Assembly (NCBI GenBank): GCA_964016885.1
Contig: OZ024740.1
Coordinates: 272,490,001-272,554,000 of the forward strand
Reading direction: 5' to 3'
Source of the DNA: Eledone cirrhosa
Taxonomy: Eukaryota
Length of the DNA: 64,000 nt
Part shown: piece after piece, positions 43,049 to 58,542 of the stretch
Layout: each line of letters opens with the position of its first letter
How positions within the stretch are numbered: position 1 is the stretch's first letter
Notes under the pieces: generated by a model
What the model was told of the DNA's origin: nothing
What the model saw: the letters and a program-made list of their open reading frames with translations, nothing else
Database searches by the model: none
Program-made: the position numbers and the translations under genes

Positions 43049-43489
43049 TGATATTTTAGTAAGTAAGTTAATTTTATAATTTTCTTATTTTACGTCTCTC
43101 ATATTATTGTTCTGCAACCCTATGCATTGAACCACAATGTTACTAAGACAAAACCTATATATTTGCTATCATTGATATGCATCTGTATGTATATACATGT
43201 TACTAGATATTAATTCTTTATAATTATCTCCAAATTATTTGTCGAGCAATATTGGCCATGACTGCTGCTATGGTAGCAGGCAGGCCGCTGTCTTATTAAT
43301 AAACCACTTTCCACTGATTGACCTCGATGTCACGTGATTGATTCTTTTTGAATTTGCCACAGACGCAGAGGCAGTGATTTTCTCAATGGCTAGGAATTCA
43401 GTCCACGCTTTGCTATTTCCTATCCACTGAATTATTTTTTAATAAGTTTCCAGAGTCCTCGCTTTGCCTGGAAACTTAGATGAGAATAG

Positions 43490-43571
43490 ACTTCCCTGAC
43501 GACGGAATGTTTCTCCATATCTTCTTCGGAAAATATATTTACTCCATTCCAAAAACTAATTAGTTGGAAGT
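43490..43571 (+). ncRNA. Hammerhead copy with G12A (likely inactive)
   Basis: Same motif, but GAAAC reads AAAAC at 43552. Confidence 0.65.
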
Positions 43572-43688
43572 GATATTTTAGTAAGTAAGTTAATTTTATA
43601 ATTTTCTTATTTTACGTCTCTCATATTATTGTTCTGCAACCCCATTGATATGCATCTGTATGTATATACATGTTACTAGATATTAATT

Positions 43689-43749
<61 letters not shown>

Positions 43750-45264
43750 CACATTACTATTTCTGGCAATATTATAACAATATGACCCTCCCCAAGTATA
43801 ACAATAAATAAATATATATATATATAGAAAGAGAGAGAGAGTGAGTGAGAAAGAGAGAGAGAGAGAGAGTGTGTGTGTGAGGGAGATAATCCAGTTCCAC
43901 GTTGATTCCGCCTACCAAATAACATGAAGTATTGTTCAACCCGAAATTACAGTAGAAGACAACACTCGTCCGAGGTACCACGCTCTGAGATCGAATTTAA
44001 ACAACGTGTTTGTGAAATGAACTGAAATCCACATCTGTTATCTACAATTCATTTTGTTCATGTAATTATCTCGTTCATCCCGGGAGGGTAAACAAGGAAG
44101 TGAATTTCAAAAGTGGCTCAGGCCAGAATCGTAGGTCTTTATTTATATCAGTTGGCTATCAGTTTGAGTATTCAATCTCTTCTCCAAACTCGAAAACATT
44201 AATATAACAGAATCAGTTTGTTTAGAATAAAAGTATCTCCATAGATATTCAACTGGCTTATAACAAAAAAAGTCCCCAGAAAGATGTAATTTTTTTTATA
44301 ATGGATATTTGATCGACGCGAATCAACTAATCTTCCTCTCAATCAAAAGATGTGATCGCAATTTATAATTGTTTTAAATACAATTACGATGTGTTTGTTC
44401 CCAATGCCTCCAGAAATATTTCAAATCGTCTCTGGATCTTCTAGCACATGTAACTTCAAAATGTGTAGTTTTAGGGCACTACGCTTAATTCTTTGGTAGG
44501 CATTACTATTTTTATCTAATTATAGACCGATCTTCTTGGTTACTAATTGTCATTCACTTCTTTTCATCACTATATCAGACCTGTCAACTCTCCCCGTCCG
44601 ACGTGGAGATCTCCCACCCACTTCCGGGTGGGTGACAGATGTCTTCTCTTGTGAAAATGAGTATATCTTTCATTATGTAAAATCTCCCCATTTTGCATCA
44701 TTTCTCCTCGTTTCGGTGAACTTGTTTTCCTGGAACTCGCCGTTTAGGTTTTTAGAGGCTGGCAGGTCTGTTATATGTTCCCAATTTACAATGCTACTAT
44801 GTAAGAACTGGTGCTTATCCTTCGTAACATCAACATATCTCTGCTTTGGTTTGTGCTAGGGGAACTGGGTGAGAAAATAATTCACAACAAAGTACATGCT
44901 TCGGTAGATTAGAAATCAGGAGAGCAGATGACATGTTCAACATCAAATCTGAAACTTGATAAGCCGAGCTTCGATAGATTGATAGCTCGCATTTTCCAGC
45001 AACCTCTTGTCAAGTGTAAAAGAATTTCGCCTGATGTTTGATAAACAACCTAAACACCTTCAGTACCGTTGATCAGATTGGCCTCATCTTTTGAGTGGAG
45101 GGAAAGATTAGTAGATTAGCGTGGGTCAAATAGTCATTTTAAAAAGTCGTACATTGTTCTGGGGACCTTTTTGTTGAATATCTGTGTAGATGAACAACCC
45201 AACCACTACAAGTTATTCATGGTTCCTCTTGTCTGAATACACGCACACACACACACACATACAA

Positions 45265-45349
<85 letters not shown>

Positions 45350-45385
45350 AATATACATATACACACGTATATATATACACATACA

Positions 45386-45555
<170 letters not shown>

Positions 45556-45940
45556 ACCAATAAATATGAGAAGAAAATAAAGTGAAAGTTCTCGGGAGAA
45601 AATATTTTACAGAAATAAATCAAAAGTAACAGCAACAGCAACAGTAATAACTTCGTTCCCTCACAGCAAATATATCACTACTGCTTTATTAATAATTAAA
45701 TCTTTCTATCATTGCTATATTTGTGTAAAGAATACTGAAGGGTTCTAAATCACTCACTGTGGTTATACATTTATTCTTTGTTTATTTTACTCTTTTACTG
45801 CTTTCAGCCATTACTCTGCGGCTATACTGGGGCAGCGCCTTCTATGGTTTAGATGATCATATTGACCTGAGTTATCATGTCAGACTGGTAGTTATTACAT
45901 AGATTTCTATTTCTCAAACCAGCAAGGGGATAAAATAAGA

Positions 45941-46210
45941 TGGCGAAAGAATTGGCAGAGTCGTTAGAACGTCGGATAGTTTGCTTTTTTGGTATCGATT
46001 CAGACTATTTAATCTCTGAGTTCAAATCTCACCAAGGTCAACTTTGACTTTCATCCTTTTAAGATCGATAAAAATAAAGTACCTGTCTATAACTGGGGTC
46101 GATTCTCCCCATGTATCTCTTTCTCATTTCTTTTCTCTCACTTTCTCAATCCTTTTCTGGAAGAAATCTGGTGTATTCAGACCTGGAGAGGAAATGGACT
46201 CCACCAGGTT
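45941..46210 (+). mobile_element. SINE family B
   Basis: Homologous to 14640-14960. Confidence 0.7.
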
Positions 46211-46974
46211 ATACTTTCATGTGACTTCAGGTGATTAACATAACCAGCCTTTGAAAGGAGTACACGCTGACAGAAATATCATGTCCAACTACTGATGACT
46301 TCATCAAGGCTGTGAGCACAGCCCTACCGGAGCTGATGATTCAGTTGTTTCTGTTCTAGACGGCATTCATCAAAAGTTTTGCAACTGACCTTTATGCGCC
46401 TTTTCCACTCAGCCCTATTTACATACATATACACATTCAAACATAAATACATACATACATACATACATTTAGATGCGTATAATGTGGAGGTGCATCGTTT
46501 ACTGGTAAGTGGTTGTGGTATCGATTCCTGGATCGGGTGCTGAGTTGTGTGCTTCAGCAAGACTCTATTTCATGTTGTTCCAGTTTACTCAGCTGGAAAG
46601 TGTTTTCATTTACATTTTGGCAGTATCGATAGAGGGTCGGACGCCATGCTTTGACGCATAGAGTTACGGCCCTTGCCATTCTGAGTTCAAATCCCGCCGA
46701 GGTTAACTTTGCCTTTCATCCTTACGAGGTCGATAAAATAAAGTACCAGTAATGTACTGATAATTGCTGGCCTTGTGCCAAAAAGTAGAAACAATTATAA
46801 TTATTTGAAACTTCCCTTGAATTCTGCTTCTTTCCCAGATCATGCTGAGTGTCAACCTGGCAGCTGAGGCAAAATTTGATAATACATTGTATAATACAAT
46901 AAATTGTCATACAAATGGTGCCACAAGGGTACAAACAACAGTAAATGTCCTTGCAAGGTTTTTAAATTGATAAT

Positions 46975-47630
46975 GTCTTTCTCAGCACTATTTTCTGTAT
47001 CTTTTGCAGAGATGGCTTTCCAGGTATCCGGTCCAAATATTTTTCAGTAGCCTTTTTTTTTCTTTCCAAATGCGCCGACTATCATTGGTATTGTACAGGC
47101 CTTAAGAGGCCACATTTTCTCAATTTCAATTGATGGATCTTTATACTTACTAAGCTTTCCGAACTCTTTCCAGGAGATGTTACAATCTGATGAAATGCTA
47201 ATGTCAATTAAGAAACATATTTTTTATTTATGGTCCTTCTGAATTATATCAGCTCTGTTGGCCTTGATTGTTCTGTTCGTATTCCTAGAGAAATCCCAGA
47301 GGATTGTTACGTTCTTGCCTCCTGTTACTGCATCTGGGTGAAGGCTGTACTTTTCCGTTTTCAGACCATAAAACCTGCACATTACCCAGTGTAAGTATTG
47401 CCCCACTTTATCATGCATCGATTTATAATCCCGGGGAGCTAATGCTTTGCAGCCTGAAAACAGGTGGTCAATGGTTTCAACATGGTCATCACAGAATCGA
47501 CACATTTGGTCAGTTCCGTTTCTGATTACAATGGCTTGAAAGTTGCGCGTTGGGAGACACTGGTTTTATATAGTTAAAATGAAACCCACACTATTTGCCT
47601 TTAGCCTAGAACTCCGCAGCCACTGATTTA
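46975..47630 (-). mobile_element. R4/Dong-clade LINE 3' fragment (CCHC finger plus restriction-like endonuclease)
   Basis: CRFCDDHVETIDHLFSGCKALAPRDYKSMHDKVGQYLHW...ILWDF...IKANRADII, then FLIDISI and KYKD..IEIEKMW. Confidence 0.8.
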
Positions 47631-48021
47631 CATTCCCCTACCTCCATTTTTTCTAGAGAGATAGAGACGATTTATCTGATTTTGGGTGATTTATTGTAGC
47701 CTTTGATATAGTATTGAGTACGAATAAGCTGCGTTGCTATGAAGAGTGATAAATACCGACGTTTCGTATCATGTGTTTAAAGTGTTTACATGCGAACACA
47801 AGAGCAAGAATGAAGTGTTCATTCTACTGACATGGCTATAAAAATGAGGCTTGTTTGCATAATTGCAAACGAATCGAATGTTATTATTAATATTCGAAAA
47901 ACTCAGATTACATTTATTGTATTCAGCCATGTAGAGCGAAAACTTTCTTTTTTTATTTGAATTTGGAAAAGCCGGCCATTTATCGCTCGTATACAGGAAA
48001 TAGACTGGCCAGTCTGCTGAT

Positions 48022-48150
48022 ATGCAAATCTGGCTGATATGCAAATCTGGCTGATCAGTGGATCTGCTAATATGCAAATCTGACTGATCAGCCAGTCTGC
48101 TAATATGCAAATCAGGCTGATCACTGTATATTTTAGAAAATAGCATATAT
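48022..48150 (+). promoter_or_regulatory. Four ATGCAAAT octamers (48022, 48039, 48072, 48105), PSE-like TCACTGTA (48121) and ATATAT (48145)
   Basis: Exact octamers are seen directly. The PSE and TATA assignments are inferred from conserved spacing. Confidence 0.5.
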
Positions 48151-48185
48151 TTACACTAGCTCTGACAGTTGGCAGGTGAATTGTG

Positions 48186-48233
48186 AGCTGTACTGATGAA
48201 GGGTGATACCCAGAAATATTAGTGTCTGCAGTT
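48186..48233 (+). ncRNA. Type I hammerhead ribozyme
   Basis: AGCTGTA-CTGATGA-aGGGTgatACCCa-GAAATA-ttag-TGTC|TGCAGTT. Helix I extends as GTTGGCA/TGCCAAC. Confidence 0.75.
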
Positions 48234-48369
48234 CTGTTTACATGCCAACACAAGAGCAAGAATGAAGAGTTCATTCTACTGACATGGTTATAAAAATGAG
48301 GCTTGTTTGCATAATTGCAAACGAATCGAATGTTATTATTAATATTCGAAAAGCTCATATATATATATA

Positions 48370-48528
<159 letters not shown>

Positions 48529-48610
48529 CCAGGTGGTGCTATTAAGTTAGACATGGCCTGGGCCAATACTGGCCAAAATCTATAAAAGTTATCAAAGGTA
48601 CATATACATA

Positions 48611-48677
<67 letters not shown>

Positions 48678-49814
48678 ATACACATACATATAGCCTAAGA
48701 ATAGGCTACATATTACAGAAGTAAGAAAGGAGGTTGTATTGCGTTCATCCTTTCGCATGTTTTAATTGGTCATACAAGTGAAGCGAATTAACTACAAATA
48801 GGAATCGAAACCACATGGTTATCTCTGTTCGGCATATATATTCAATGTAGCTTAGATGATTTGTCTTATTCGACTCTATACGTTTTTCTTTTGGTTGTTT
48901 TCAAGATGAAAAATACTAGTTGTATATTATGTATATCATTAGTAGCAGTTATCGACGTTTGGTTTCTGCAAATTAGATATAGAAACATGACTCATACAAA
49001 GTGCTATGTAATAACCTCACATGTCTACGCTTTTCTCTCTGTATTTCTCTCTCTTGGCAAAATGCAGCTTTCATATTCACTGCAATGCTTTGCTTTTGAA
49101 TATCTGTCATAGAGAAAGTGGTATTAATACGAGTGATGTCAAACTAACAAAGATTAGTAGATACATATCTCGTTTATAAAACTAATTTTCCAGAAGGGAT
49201 ATTTATGAGTTTGTTGTGATTAACACTGATAGATGTCACGAGCTCTGCTATGCGTTCTTTTTGCAAATTTATTGACAGCAGCAACAACAGTAACATCATC
49301 AACAACAACAACAACGAGAATAACTACAATAAAAAACCATGACAAAAAACATATAGAGTAGAGTATGGGAGGAAATATAATACACAGCAACGACAATAAT
49401 AAGACAATAAGAAGAGTTTCTAAAGAGTTGACAGAAACTGTGTAACAGCGATCTAAAATTCTTACAGTGTTTTCTTCTGTCTTTAAAGTCTAATTTCAAA
49501 TCTTGTCTGTGTCGAATGTTCCTTCGATCAGCCAGAGGGCAATACAATAATAAGAGTCATGATATATACACTCACATATAACAAATTCATATACATATCT
49601 AACACGGAACAAATATTTACAAATTATATAAAATATGTGTCTAATGTCGCAGGGAAAACCTTTACCAGAGGTAGGCATATGTGTTTCGTTGATTGGGCAA
49701 ACTTATGATAAAATGTATTTCGGCTATGAATTAATGTTCTATTATTTCAAATACAAAAGGTCGGCGAATTGGCTGAGTCGTTAGAACGTCGGATAGAGTG
49801 CTTTGCGGTATTTG

Positions 49815-50080
49815 TTTCGGTCCACGAATAGTGTCCCGAGGAACGAACACGCAAGTGGGCATCAAAGTTTCGCAACAACCTTAGTGTATCGGTGGGAAAA
49901 TGTCACCTGCTGTGTAGTTAGTAACTATGGTGATATCTATTTGTCTTTCACACACAGTCTCTTTTTCATTATATTTCTCTCTCAACATTTTGTATGGAAA
50001 AAATAGTTTCAGTGAACGAACACTTCGGGTGACGAACGGCCTTCAGGAACGATTTAAGTTCGTGAACCGAGGTTCCACTG
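49815..50080. mobile_element. pogo/Tigger-like DNA transposon end
   Basis: Ends ...GTTCGTGAACCGAGGTTCCACTG|TA (TIR CAGTGGAACCTCGGTT). Confidence 0.5.
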
Positions 50081-50233
50081 TATTTGAAAAATGGTTGTTT
50101 AAATATTATACTGATTTGGTATTTTAATATTTACATAAAAAGATTTGTCGTTGGTAGAATCTATAAAACACCCGAATACGTTACCTTACTGTACCTAGAC
50201 TCTACGTTTAGATCCTGTCGGCGAATATATTTG

Positions 50234-50317
<84 letters not shown>

Positions 50318-51280
50318 TACATATATATATATATATATTGGGTAGGATGGCAAATTCAGGACGTACATCGAACGAAAGACCCATGTTGTATTTGTTTATG
50401 TCATTTTGAATTTCTCTGATCTCGGTATATAAGTACCAGACAAAGCATTGGCGTCAATATAATCGACTAAACAGTCTGACGCCATTGCTCCAGCATGGCC
50501 GCAAACCAATGGGGCAGGGGGACCAGTAAAGGAATAAAAAACATACAATTACGTTAGATATGACCCCTCCCCACCCAATTTGTCGAAGTCACAATTGAAA
50601 TCTAGACAGAATTATAGGAATGCAACCAGACAAACGATAGAAAGTGCCAACAGATAATTGAATGAAATAAGTTGGAAGCAATGAAGGATAAGGATTAAAA
50701 GACATATCTTACGACAGTGAACTAAAAGCTTAAATACGTTAGCACAAAAGTAAGCCCAGAAGAAATCACGTCGAAACGAGAGCTGATAAAATACATGTTA
50801 CTAAATGTTTGTTGTATGGCGGTATAGATGAGGTAATTTACTATTTTGTCAGAGATGTAAAATAGCTAAAAGCGATTATAAAAATGGCATTCATTCGATG
50901 GGTGAAGAAAATTTATTAGGAGTGGGTATGCAATATAGCACGAAAGTAAATAAGAAATTTGTTTGAACACTAGCCGGAAACAATAATGGAAAATGTCCAT
51001 GATAAAATTTTATGCGTGTTCTCTATGCAAACAATTTTCTCAACGACCAGATTGAATAATAATCAATAAAGAAAATAACACAAGCCAAATAATTCCCCGT
51101 GAAAACACAGTTGCCCCGACAGAGAATAAATTGATAGGCAACGAAATCTGCTGAGAAAGCAATAAAATTATTTAAGTATCTATAATATCTATCGTTACAG
51201 GAATGACAGAAATTAAAACCCCCAAAAATGTACAATCTTTCAGAAAAAAACTTGATCGTAATATGACTTAAAAAAAGAGT

Positions 51281-51328
<48 letters not shown>

Positions 51329-51350
51329 TACAGACACAGACACAGACACA

Positions 51351-51426
<76 letters not shown>

Positions 51427-51478
51427 TACACACACACACACACACGCACACACAGATACAGACACAGACACAGACACA

Positions 51479-51520
<42 letters not shown>

Positions 51521-51542
51521 TACAGACACAGACACAGACACA

Positions 51543-51586
<44 letters not shown>

Positions 51587-51602
51587 TACAGACACAGACA
51601 CA

Positions 51603-51674
<72 letters not shown>

Positions 51675-51829
51675 TACACACACACACACACAAAACTGCC
51701 TTCATTAAAATTGTAATAAGATTTGAAACGTCTTGAAATGTGAGGAGGAGTTAACATCTGTAACACTATTATTTCTCATCGTGGAACATTCTGTGAGTTT
51801 ATGTTCACTCAAATGAAGTAAATAAGTAG

Positions 51830-52290
51830 ATAATCACCCTCTTCCCATTCGAAGGAGGTAGATCCCTCATCTGGGACGCCACCTGCTGCGACACGTTCTC
51901 TGCCTCCAACTTTGTCGCTTCGGCCACAAACCCTGGCATCGCAGCCCGCCTCGCAGAAGAACGTAAAATAAGCAAATACCGGGGTTTGTCCGACCGCTTC
52001 CTCTTCGCACTGGTCGCCATCGAGATCTCAGGCGTACTTGGACCCCGTACTGCCCAGCTCCTCCACAAAATCGGAGCGTCGGCGGTCCGTCTAAGGAGGG
52101 AGACCCGCGAGGTTGGGTGGTTGTTGCAGCGTGTGTCACTGGACATCGTCTGCGGGAATGCTTTTGTCGTCTTGTCACGGGGCGCAGCACTTCTGCCCTC
52201 TTGCCCTTGGCCCAAAGCCCAATCACCCTCCTCCTTCACTCCTCCCCTCACTTCAGTGACACCAGAGCTCTTGCCACCCTCTCCCTGATC
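51830..52290 (+). mobile_element. CRE-like LINE 3' end (restriction-like endonuclease)
   Basis: Open frame PFEGGRSLIWDATCCDTFSAS...AARLAEERKISKYRGL...AIEISGVLG...LLQRVSLDIVCGNA. Confidence 0.8.
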
Positions 52291-53005
52291 TTTTTCTTCT
52301 TTCTTTCTCTCCTTCTCATTTTTTTCTATATTTAAAAAAATATAATTCTCTATTATTTTTTTCCGTTTATTCCCCTTCTTTTTTTTTATTTTTATTATTT
52401 CTACATTGAAAATAAACATGTATAAATTTAAAATTGTGTTCCTAAAATCAAAGTATATTGAAAATAAAGAAAAAATGGAGGTATAGTTTTAAAAAGACAC
52501 ATATATTTAAACCCAAATCAAATGCGTCTTTAGGGATCCGCGAGACTCCCTTGAAAATATACGTTGTATCGAAAATATATAAATACTCGGCGTCATCTTG
52601 GTATTATCTGCCATCATTGTTTTCAGTTCTAACGTCACTCGGTGTTTATGTATAAAAGTCCTGTGCATTTCTTTCTGTAGTCATATAGGATGTGTAGTAA
52701 TGGCTAGACAATGTTTAGCCGTTGATAACATCTAATAAAACATAAACACGTCTAAAGTAGTCACCACAATGCTAAATATCGGAACCATAGCTCAAGGCAT
52801 TCTATATATAATTAGATTTAATTAAAAAAAATTACAAATAAATCCATTAGGCCATTATCCATCCGACGATTGTACGATTGCCTTCACCGCTACAGAAACA
52901 ACAAATCAAACAATAAAGTACAATGAAGAAATATATTAGTTTAATGCTTTAAAGCTTGATTTATATATATATATATATATATATAAATATAAATATATAT
53001 ACGTA

Positions 53006-53047
<42 letters not shown>

Positions 53048-53054
53048 TATATAC

Positions 53055-53227
<173 letters not shown>

Positions 53228-53400
53228 GGAAACAGGACCCGACGACTGAGTTCCGGCCGTTTCGACAGCTGAACTATTCAAACAGCCGGAGCTCAGCCGT
53301 CGGGTCTTGACTCTTTTCCTATTACCCACTCTACTACTCTAAGTATTGAGTACTCTGGTGCGCTATGGTCCACCTGGCATCTTACCACACCCTCTTTGTT
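53228..53400 (+). mobile_element. Family F1 fold-back fragment in (TA)n
   Basis: Hairpin made of the HHR 3' half (AAACAGCC...GCCGTC|GGGTC) plus the F1 tail. Confidence 0.7.
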
Positions 53401-53408
53401 ATATATAT

Positions 53409-53484
<76 letters not shown>

Positions 53485-53595
53485 TGTATGTAATTCAGTT
53501 AATTACTGGCGGCGGTACCAAAATAAACACTCGGTGAAAAGTCAGGGAAACAATGAAGCTTCATTTACATGTAGTTAGTGGTTTATTGTGTATCG

Positions 53596-53687
53596 ACCTC
53601 TTACGCGCGTTTCACAGAGGATTGGTTCAGTGTCACCCATAGACTTTATGGAATCGACTCCATTGTCAAGTCGCTCTTCAGACAGGT
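53596..53687 (-). ncRNA. Type I hammerhead with 61-nt stem II insert
   Basis: Reverse complement ACCTGT-CTGAAGA-(GCG...TGT)-GAAAC-GCGC-GTA|AGAGGT, with palindromic stem III ACGCGCGT. Helix I has one mismatch and a distal TTTATTG/CAATAAA extension. Confidence 0.65.
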
Positions 53688-53980
53688 GATTCAATAAAAA
53701 TGCATTTTAACTCCTTGAAGCAGAAAGAAGTGGATAATTAAGGTGATTATCCACCCCATTTATTAACAATTATATTCATAGTAACAATTCATGTTTCATG
53801 GTTCTTTATAGCAAAAAAATACGCTTTCAAATTTCTATCGCCCACGCGCTACATAGAGAGAGAGAGAGAGAGTGAGAGAGAGAGTGAGAGAGAGAGTGAG
53901 AGAGAAAGAGAGTTAGAAAAGAAAGAGGGTGTGTGTGAAATAAGGAAATAAGGAGAGAGAATGAAAATGAGAGTGAGAGC

Positions 53981-54014
<34 letters not shown>

Positions 54015-54511
54015 GTGAGAGAGAGAGAGAGAGAGAAAGAGAGATAGAAAGAAAAAGGGTGTGTTTGAAATAAGGAAATAAGGAGAGAGAATGAAGAAGA
54101 GAGTGAGAGAGAGAGAGAGAGAGGGAGAGAGAGAGGGTGTGAGAGAGAGAGAGAAAGGAGGGAGGGAGAAAGAAAGATGTGTAGAAGAAAAATTGACCGC
54201 TGCTCTGTAACTCATCAAAATGTTATTTCAGTTTTCAGTTAATCCGGTAGCAACCACACAGATAGACACCCACTCGATACTTTCATCACCCCATACCCCC
54301 AACACTGTCTGGCTTTCGTGCTTACTTTGATGCCAGGATACGTTGAGTGAGCCATATAGATGCTTGGCTCTAGGTACCATTGGGCACCGCGCCATTTTGA
54401 ATCGATAATAACTTACATACAAATCATTCAATAAGGTTACACCTAACCCTCGCAATCCAGCACCTATGTTCACTCAGCCATTACAACCCCCCGCACTCCC
54501 GACCATAACAG

Positions 54512-54600
<89 letters not shown>

Positions 54601-54809
54601 ATGATGATAATGTTTTATTTATCTAATTGTTGTTTATATTTTTTTATGGGGGCAGTTATAGAGCAAAAAGTAAGCTTTTGTTGAATCCACGGTGACGATT
54701 CTCACCTTTTTCTTATGTTGCTAAATTCTACCACAAATGGCCACAATATCGAGGCTCTCCGGTGTTCATTTCTATTCTTTTGAGATAGAAATTTAATCTA
54801 TGTTTCATC

Positions 54810-55010
54810 AGTCAGCTTTTACTTGTTCTTCTTCTATGCCTGAATCTCCCTTTGCCTCCAAACCGGTGTCATCTTCTAGGACATCCTTCAGAGTGCTGGT
54901 TGGTCTGCCAACTTGTTTGCACACACCAGGTTCATTGTGACGTTTCATATATTCGGCTAATGCGAGCCTCCTATGCCTTATGATGTCAGCAAGTTGAAGG
55001 TGTAAGCAGT
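54810..55010 (-). mobile_element. RTE-like LINE C-terminal fragment
   Basis: LADIIRHRRLALAEYMKRHNEP...GRPTSTLKDVLEDDTGL. Confidence 0.65.
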
Positions 55011-56181
55011 AGAACGATTTATTAGCTATGTGTGTTCTTCGCATCCGGGTGACTGCCATAAATCCGCTTTGTGAGTGTTTTTGTGAGTGTACATTGTAGA
55101 AAAGAGAAAAGAAAAGAGAACATTACCCATTGCTCTAGTTTGTATATCTTAAACTCGTCGGTCAATCGGCGTACTATATATCACGAGAGAGAAGGTAATG
55201 GTAAAATGTGTTTTATAGAAGGTTTGAGTAGATGTCATAGAGTAAGAATGGAGGACTAGAGGCTGCTTGGAGGATGCATCGGCACAAAGTTTACTAGTAC
55301 AGTAGAATGGATATAAGGATCACAGAAGATGGCAGTTGACTATTGATATTTGATAAATGCAAGCTTGTCTATTGTTTATCAGTGGTATTGCTTCCTTGAT
55401 ATTGCTTACTCAGAAGAAGAAAGGCAGGCTCATAACACATTTCTGATCTTGTGACTGGCAAGAAGAGGCAAACCTGTCCGAATGTTTGCAACAGAGTAAC
55501 ATTTCCTAAACACACACAAGAGACAGTGTTAAACCAGCGACACATTACATTTGTCACCAAATAACAAGAACGATCCTTTCGTCGTTCTTCCTAAATTTCA
55601 TTCACGAATATTTTTTTGACCCTATGTTAAGTGTTGTGTAGTGCGATCGAACTCAAAACGATCCTCTTAGTTATACATCCAGACCAGCAACAATGAGCAA
55701 GTAGCAGCTGCATCGTCCTTGATGTCTCAATATTCGGTAGAACGTCGGACACCATGCTTTGCAGCATATAGTTAAACCTTTACGTTCTGAGTTCAAATCC
55801 CACCGAGGTTAACTTTGCCTTACAACCTTACGGGATCGATAAAATAAAGCCCCAGTAATGCACTGGGGTAATTACTGGCCTTGTGCCAAAAATAGAAACA
55901 ATTATTCTAATGTAGGAAAGCCATATGATTGGAGAGGATGCAGAGTGTTTCGAACTCATGTACGTGGAAACGAATAATTTATTAGGCTGATTTTTCTCCT
56001 GTAAACTTCTCTATACTTTATGCGAAGTTGTTCTTTCAATAATTGACCGATATGCTATTGAGGGTAATGGTAATTATGACGATGATCAGGAGAAAGAAAA
56101 ATGGAGGATGAGGCGAAGAAGAAAGAAAATACGAAATTGATGATAATGAAGATGGTGATGATGATGATGATGATGATGGTA

Positions 56182-56228
<47 letters not shown>

Positions 56229-56505
56229 GACGATGATGATGATGGTGATGGTGATGATAATGGTGATGATGAAGATCTTGAAAACTTTTTGGTGGCGATG
56301 ATATGAACAGCGATAGTGATAATGATGAATCTCGAGAAGAATAATGTAAAAATGAATCAAAAAATAAAAGAAAAAAAAAAAAAAGAAAAAACGAAACGAA
56401 ACGAAACGAAATACAAAACGTGAGAAGAACGAGTAGAAGATGGAATAGTGAGAATAATGAGAATAATGACAAAATTAATATTAATAGCAAATATAATAAT
56501 AATAA

Positions 56506-56537
<32 letters not shown>

Positions 56538-56546
56538 ATGATAATG

Positions 56547-56586
<40 letters not shown>

Positions 56587-56630
56587 TAATAATAATAATA
56601 ATAATAATAATAGTAATAATAAAAATAGTA

Positions 56631-56676
<46 letters not shown>

Positions 56677-56885
56677 TAATAAAAATAATAATAGTAATAA
56701 TAATGATGGTAACAATAATAATAAGGTAGATGAGAACTTTATGACCAGAAATTTGATGAAAAGTCAAAACCTGTTTAAAAAAATACTTCAAAATCCAATA
56801 GTATTAAAAAAAAAAGAATGACAAGAAAAATAAGACGAAATCACAAAAATATTCCTCTCACTCTAAAAAATTAGAACAGATTAAA

Positions 56886-56933
<48 letters not shown>

Positions 56934-57062
56934 GTATATATATATATGTTATATATGTGTGTGTGTGTGTATATATATATATGTATGTATATATGTATAT
57001 ATATATATATATGTGTGTATATGTATATATATATATATATATAAATATATATATATACACAC

Positions 57063-57131
<69 letters not shown>

Positions 57132-57135
57132 TATA

Positions 57136-57229
<94 letters not shown>

Positions 57230-58237
57230 GTGTGTGTGTGTGTGTATATATGTATATATATGTTCGTGTGTGTGTGTGTGTGTGTGTGTGAGAGCGTGTG
57301 TGTGTGTGTGTGAGAGCGTGTGTGCGTAAATCCCTAGAAAAACAAATAAAGACAAAAGAATGGTTACAATAGCAATAATATCTGCAGAAGCAGCAGTAGC
57401 AGCAGTAGCAGCAGTAGCAGCAGCATTAACAGCCATAGCAGAAGCAGCACTAGCACCAGCACCACCAGCAGCAGCAGAAACAACAACAAAAACAACAAGA
57501 GTTAAAATAAGGAAGAAGAAATCTTGTGAAATTCTTGTGGAGTGTATCTTAATTAAAAAGTTATATTAAATAGGAAGTGGCGTTATTGGTTTAGCTGCCT
57601 GAAGCTGGCAGAAATGTCAGCTATTATCTGATGTATCAAAGTTGTTTGCTATATATTGTTATTGTTATTATAACTATTATTATCATTATTATTATATTAT
57701 ATTTTTATCTGTCTCTAGTTATAGGTCTCTTTGTATGTTTATTCTTCTTAATTTTTTTCTTCTCATTTTCTCTTTTTTGACGTTTACACGTTGTGACATC
57801 TCAGTAAAATAACGTTGAAATTGGAAGTGGTGAAAACGGTTTTATAGAAAGACAGGGAGTTTTTATTAACTTATTTAACTAGCGGATTGTTGGTTGGCTG
57901 TTGGTTGGTTGGTTGGCTGACTGGGTAGCTGCCTGCATGCTTGCTTGTCTGTCGACTTTTCTAGAATCGGATAGTTACTAGTTGACTATTTGACTAATTA
58001 TGTGATTGAGTGGCTGAATATACTAAACCTTTTTTTAATCTGGCTTCAGACAAGGATTGAGAGTATTCATGTAAAGGCACGTGTTATAAGGGTTTTGGGC
58101 GATTTTGTTAGTTCTGGTATTTTTTCTTTTTCTATTTATTATTTATCAAGACACTAAGTTGTGTTTTTGACATAATGAGACGCAATTCAAGACAGCGGTT
58201 AAAACGATAGATATAAACAATACAAAAACAAACATGA

Positions 58238-58310
<73 letters not shown>

Positions 58311-58314
<4 letters not shown>

Positions 58315-58463
58315 TTTTAATATAGATGAGATTCTAAAGGACTAGAACTGTTTCATTCTTGAATAGTCCTGTAGAATCTCATCTATATTAAAACTTTTAT
58401 ACTCTGCTATGTATTGAGTACCTTACTTAATGTGGTTACCTCTGATTCAACCCGGAATAACTT

Positions 58464-58468
<5 letters not shown>
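58311..58468 (+). mobile_element. Family F2 fold-back fragment in (TA)n
   Basis: Tail is the reverse complement of 1177-1232. Hairpin of the HHR 3' half. Confidence 0.7.

Positions 58469-58542
<74 letters not shown>

Larger units (their letters stand above)
47783..48357 (+). mobile_element. 452-nt HHR monomer with 123-nt terminal direct repeat
   Basis: 47783-47905 repeats at 48235-48357, followed by (TA)n. Confidence 0.85.
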
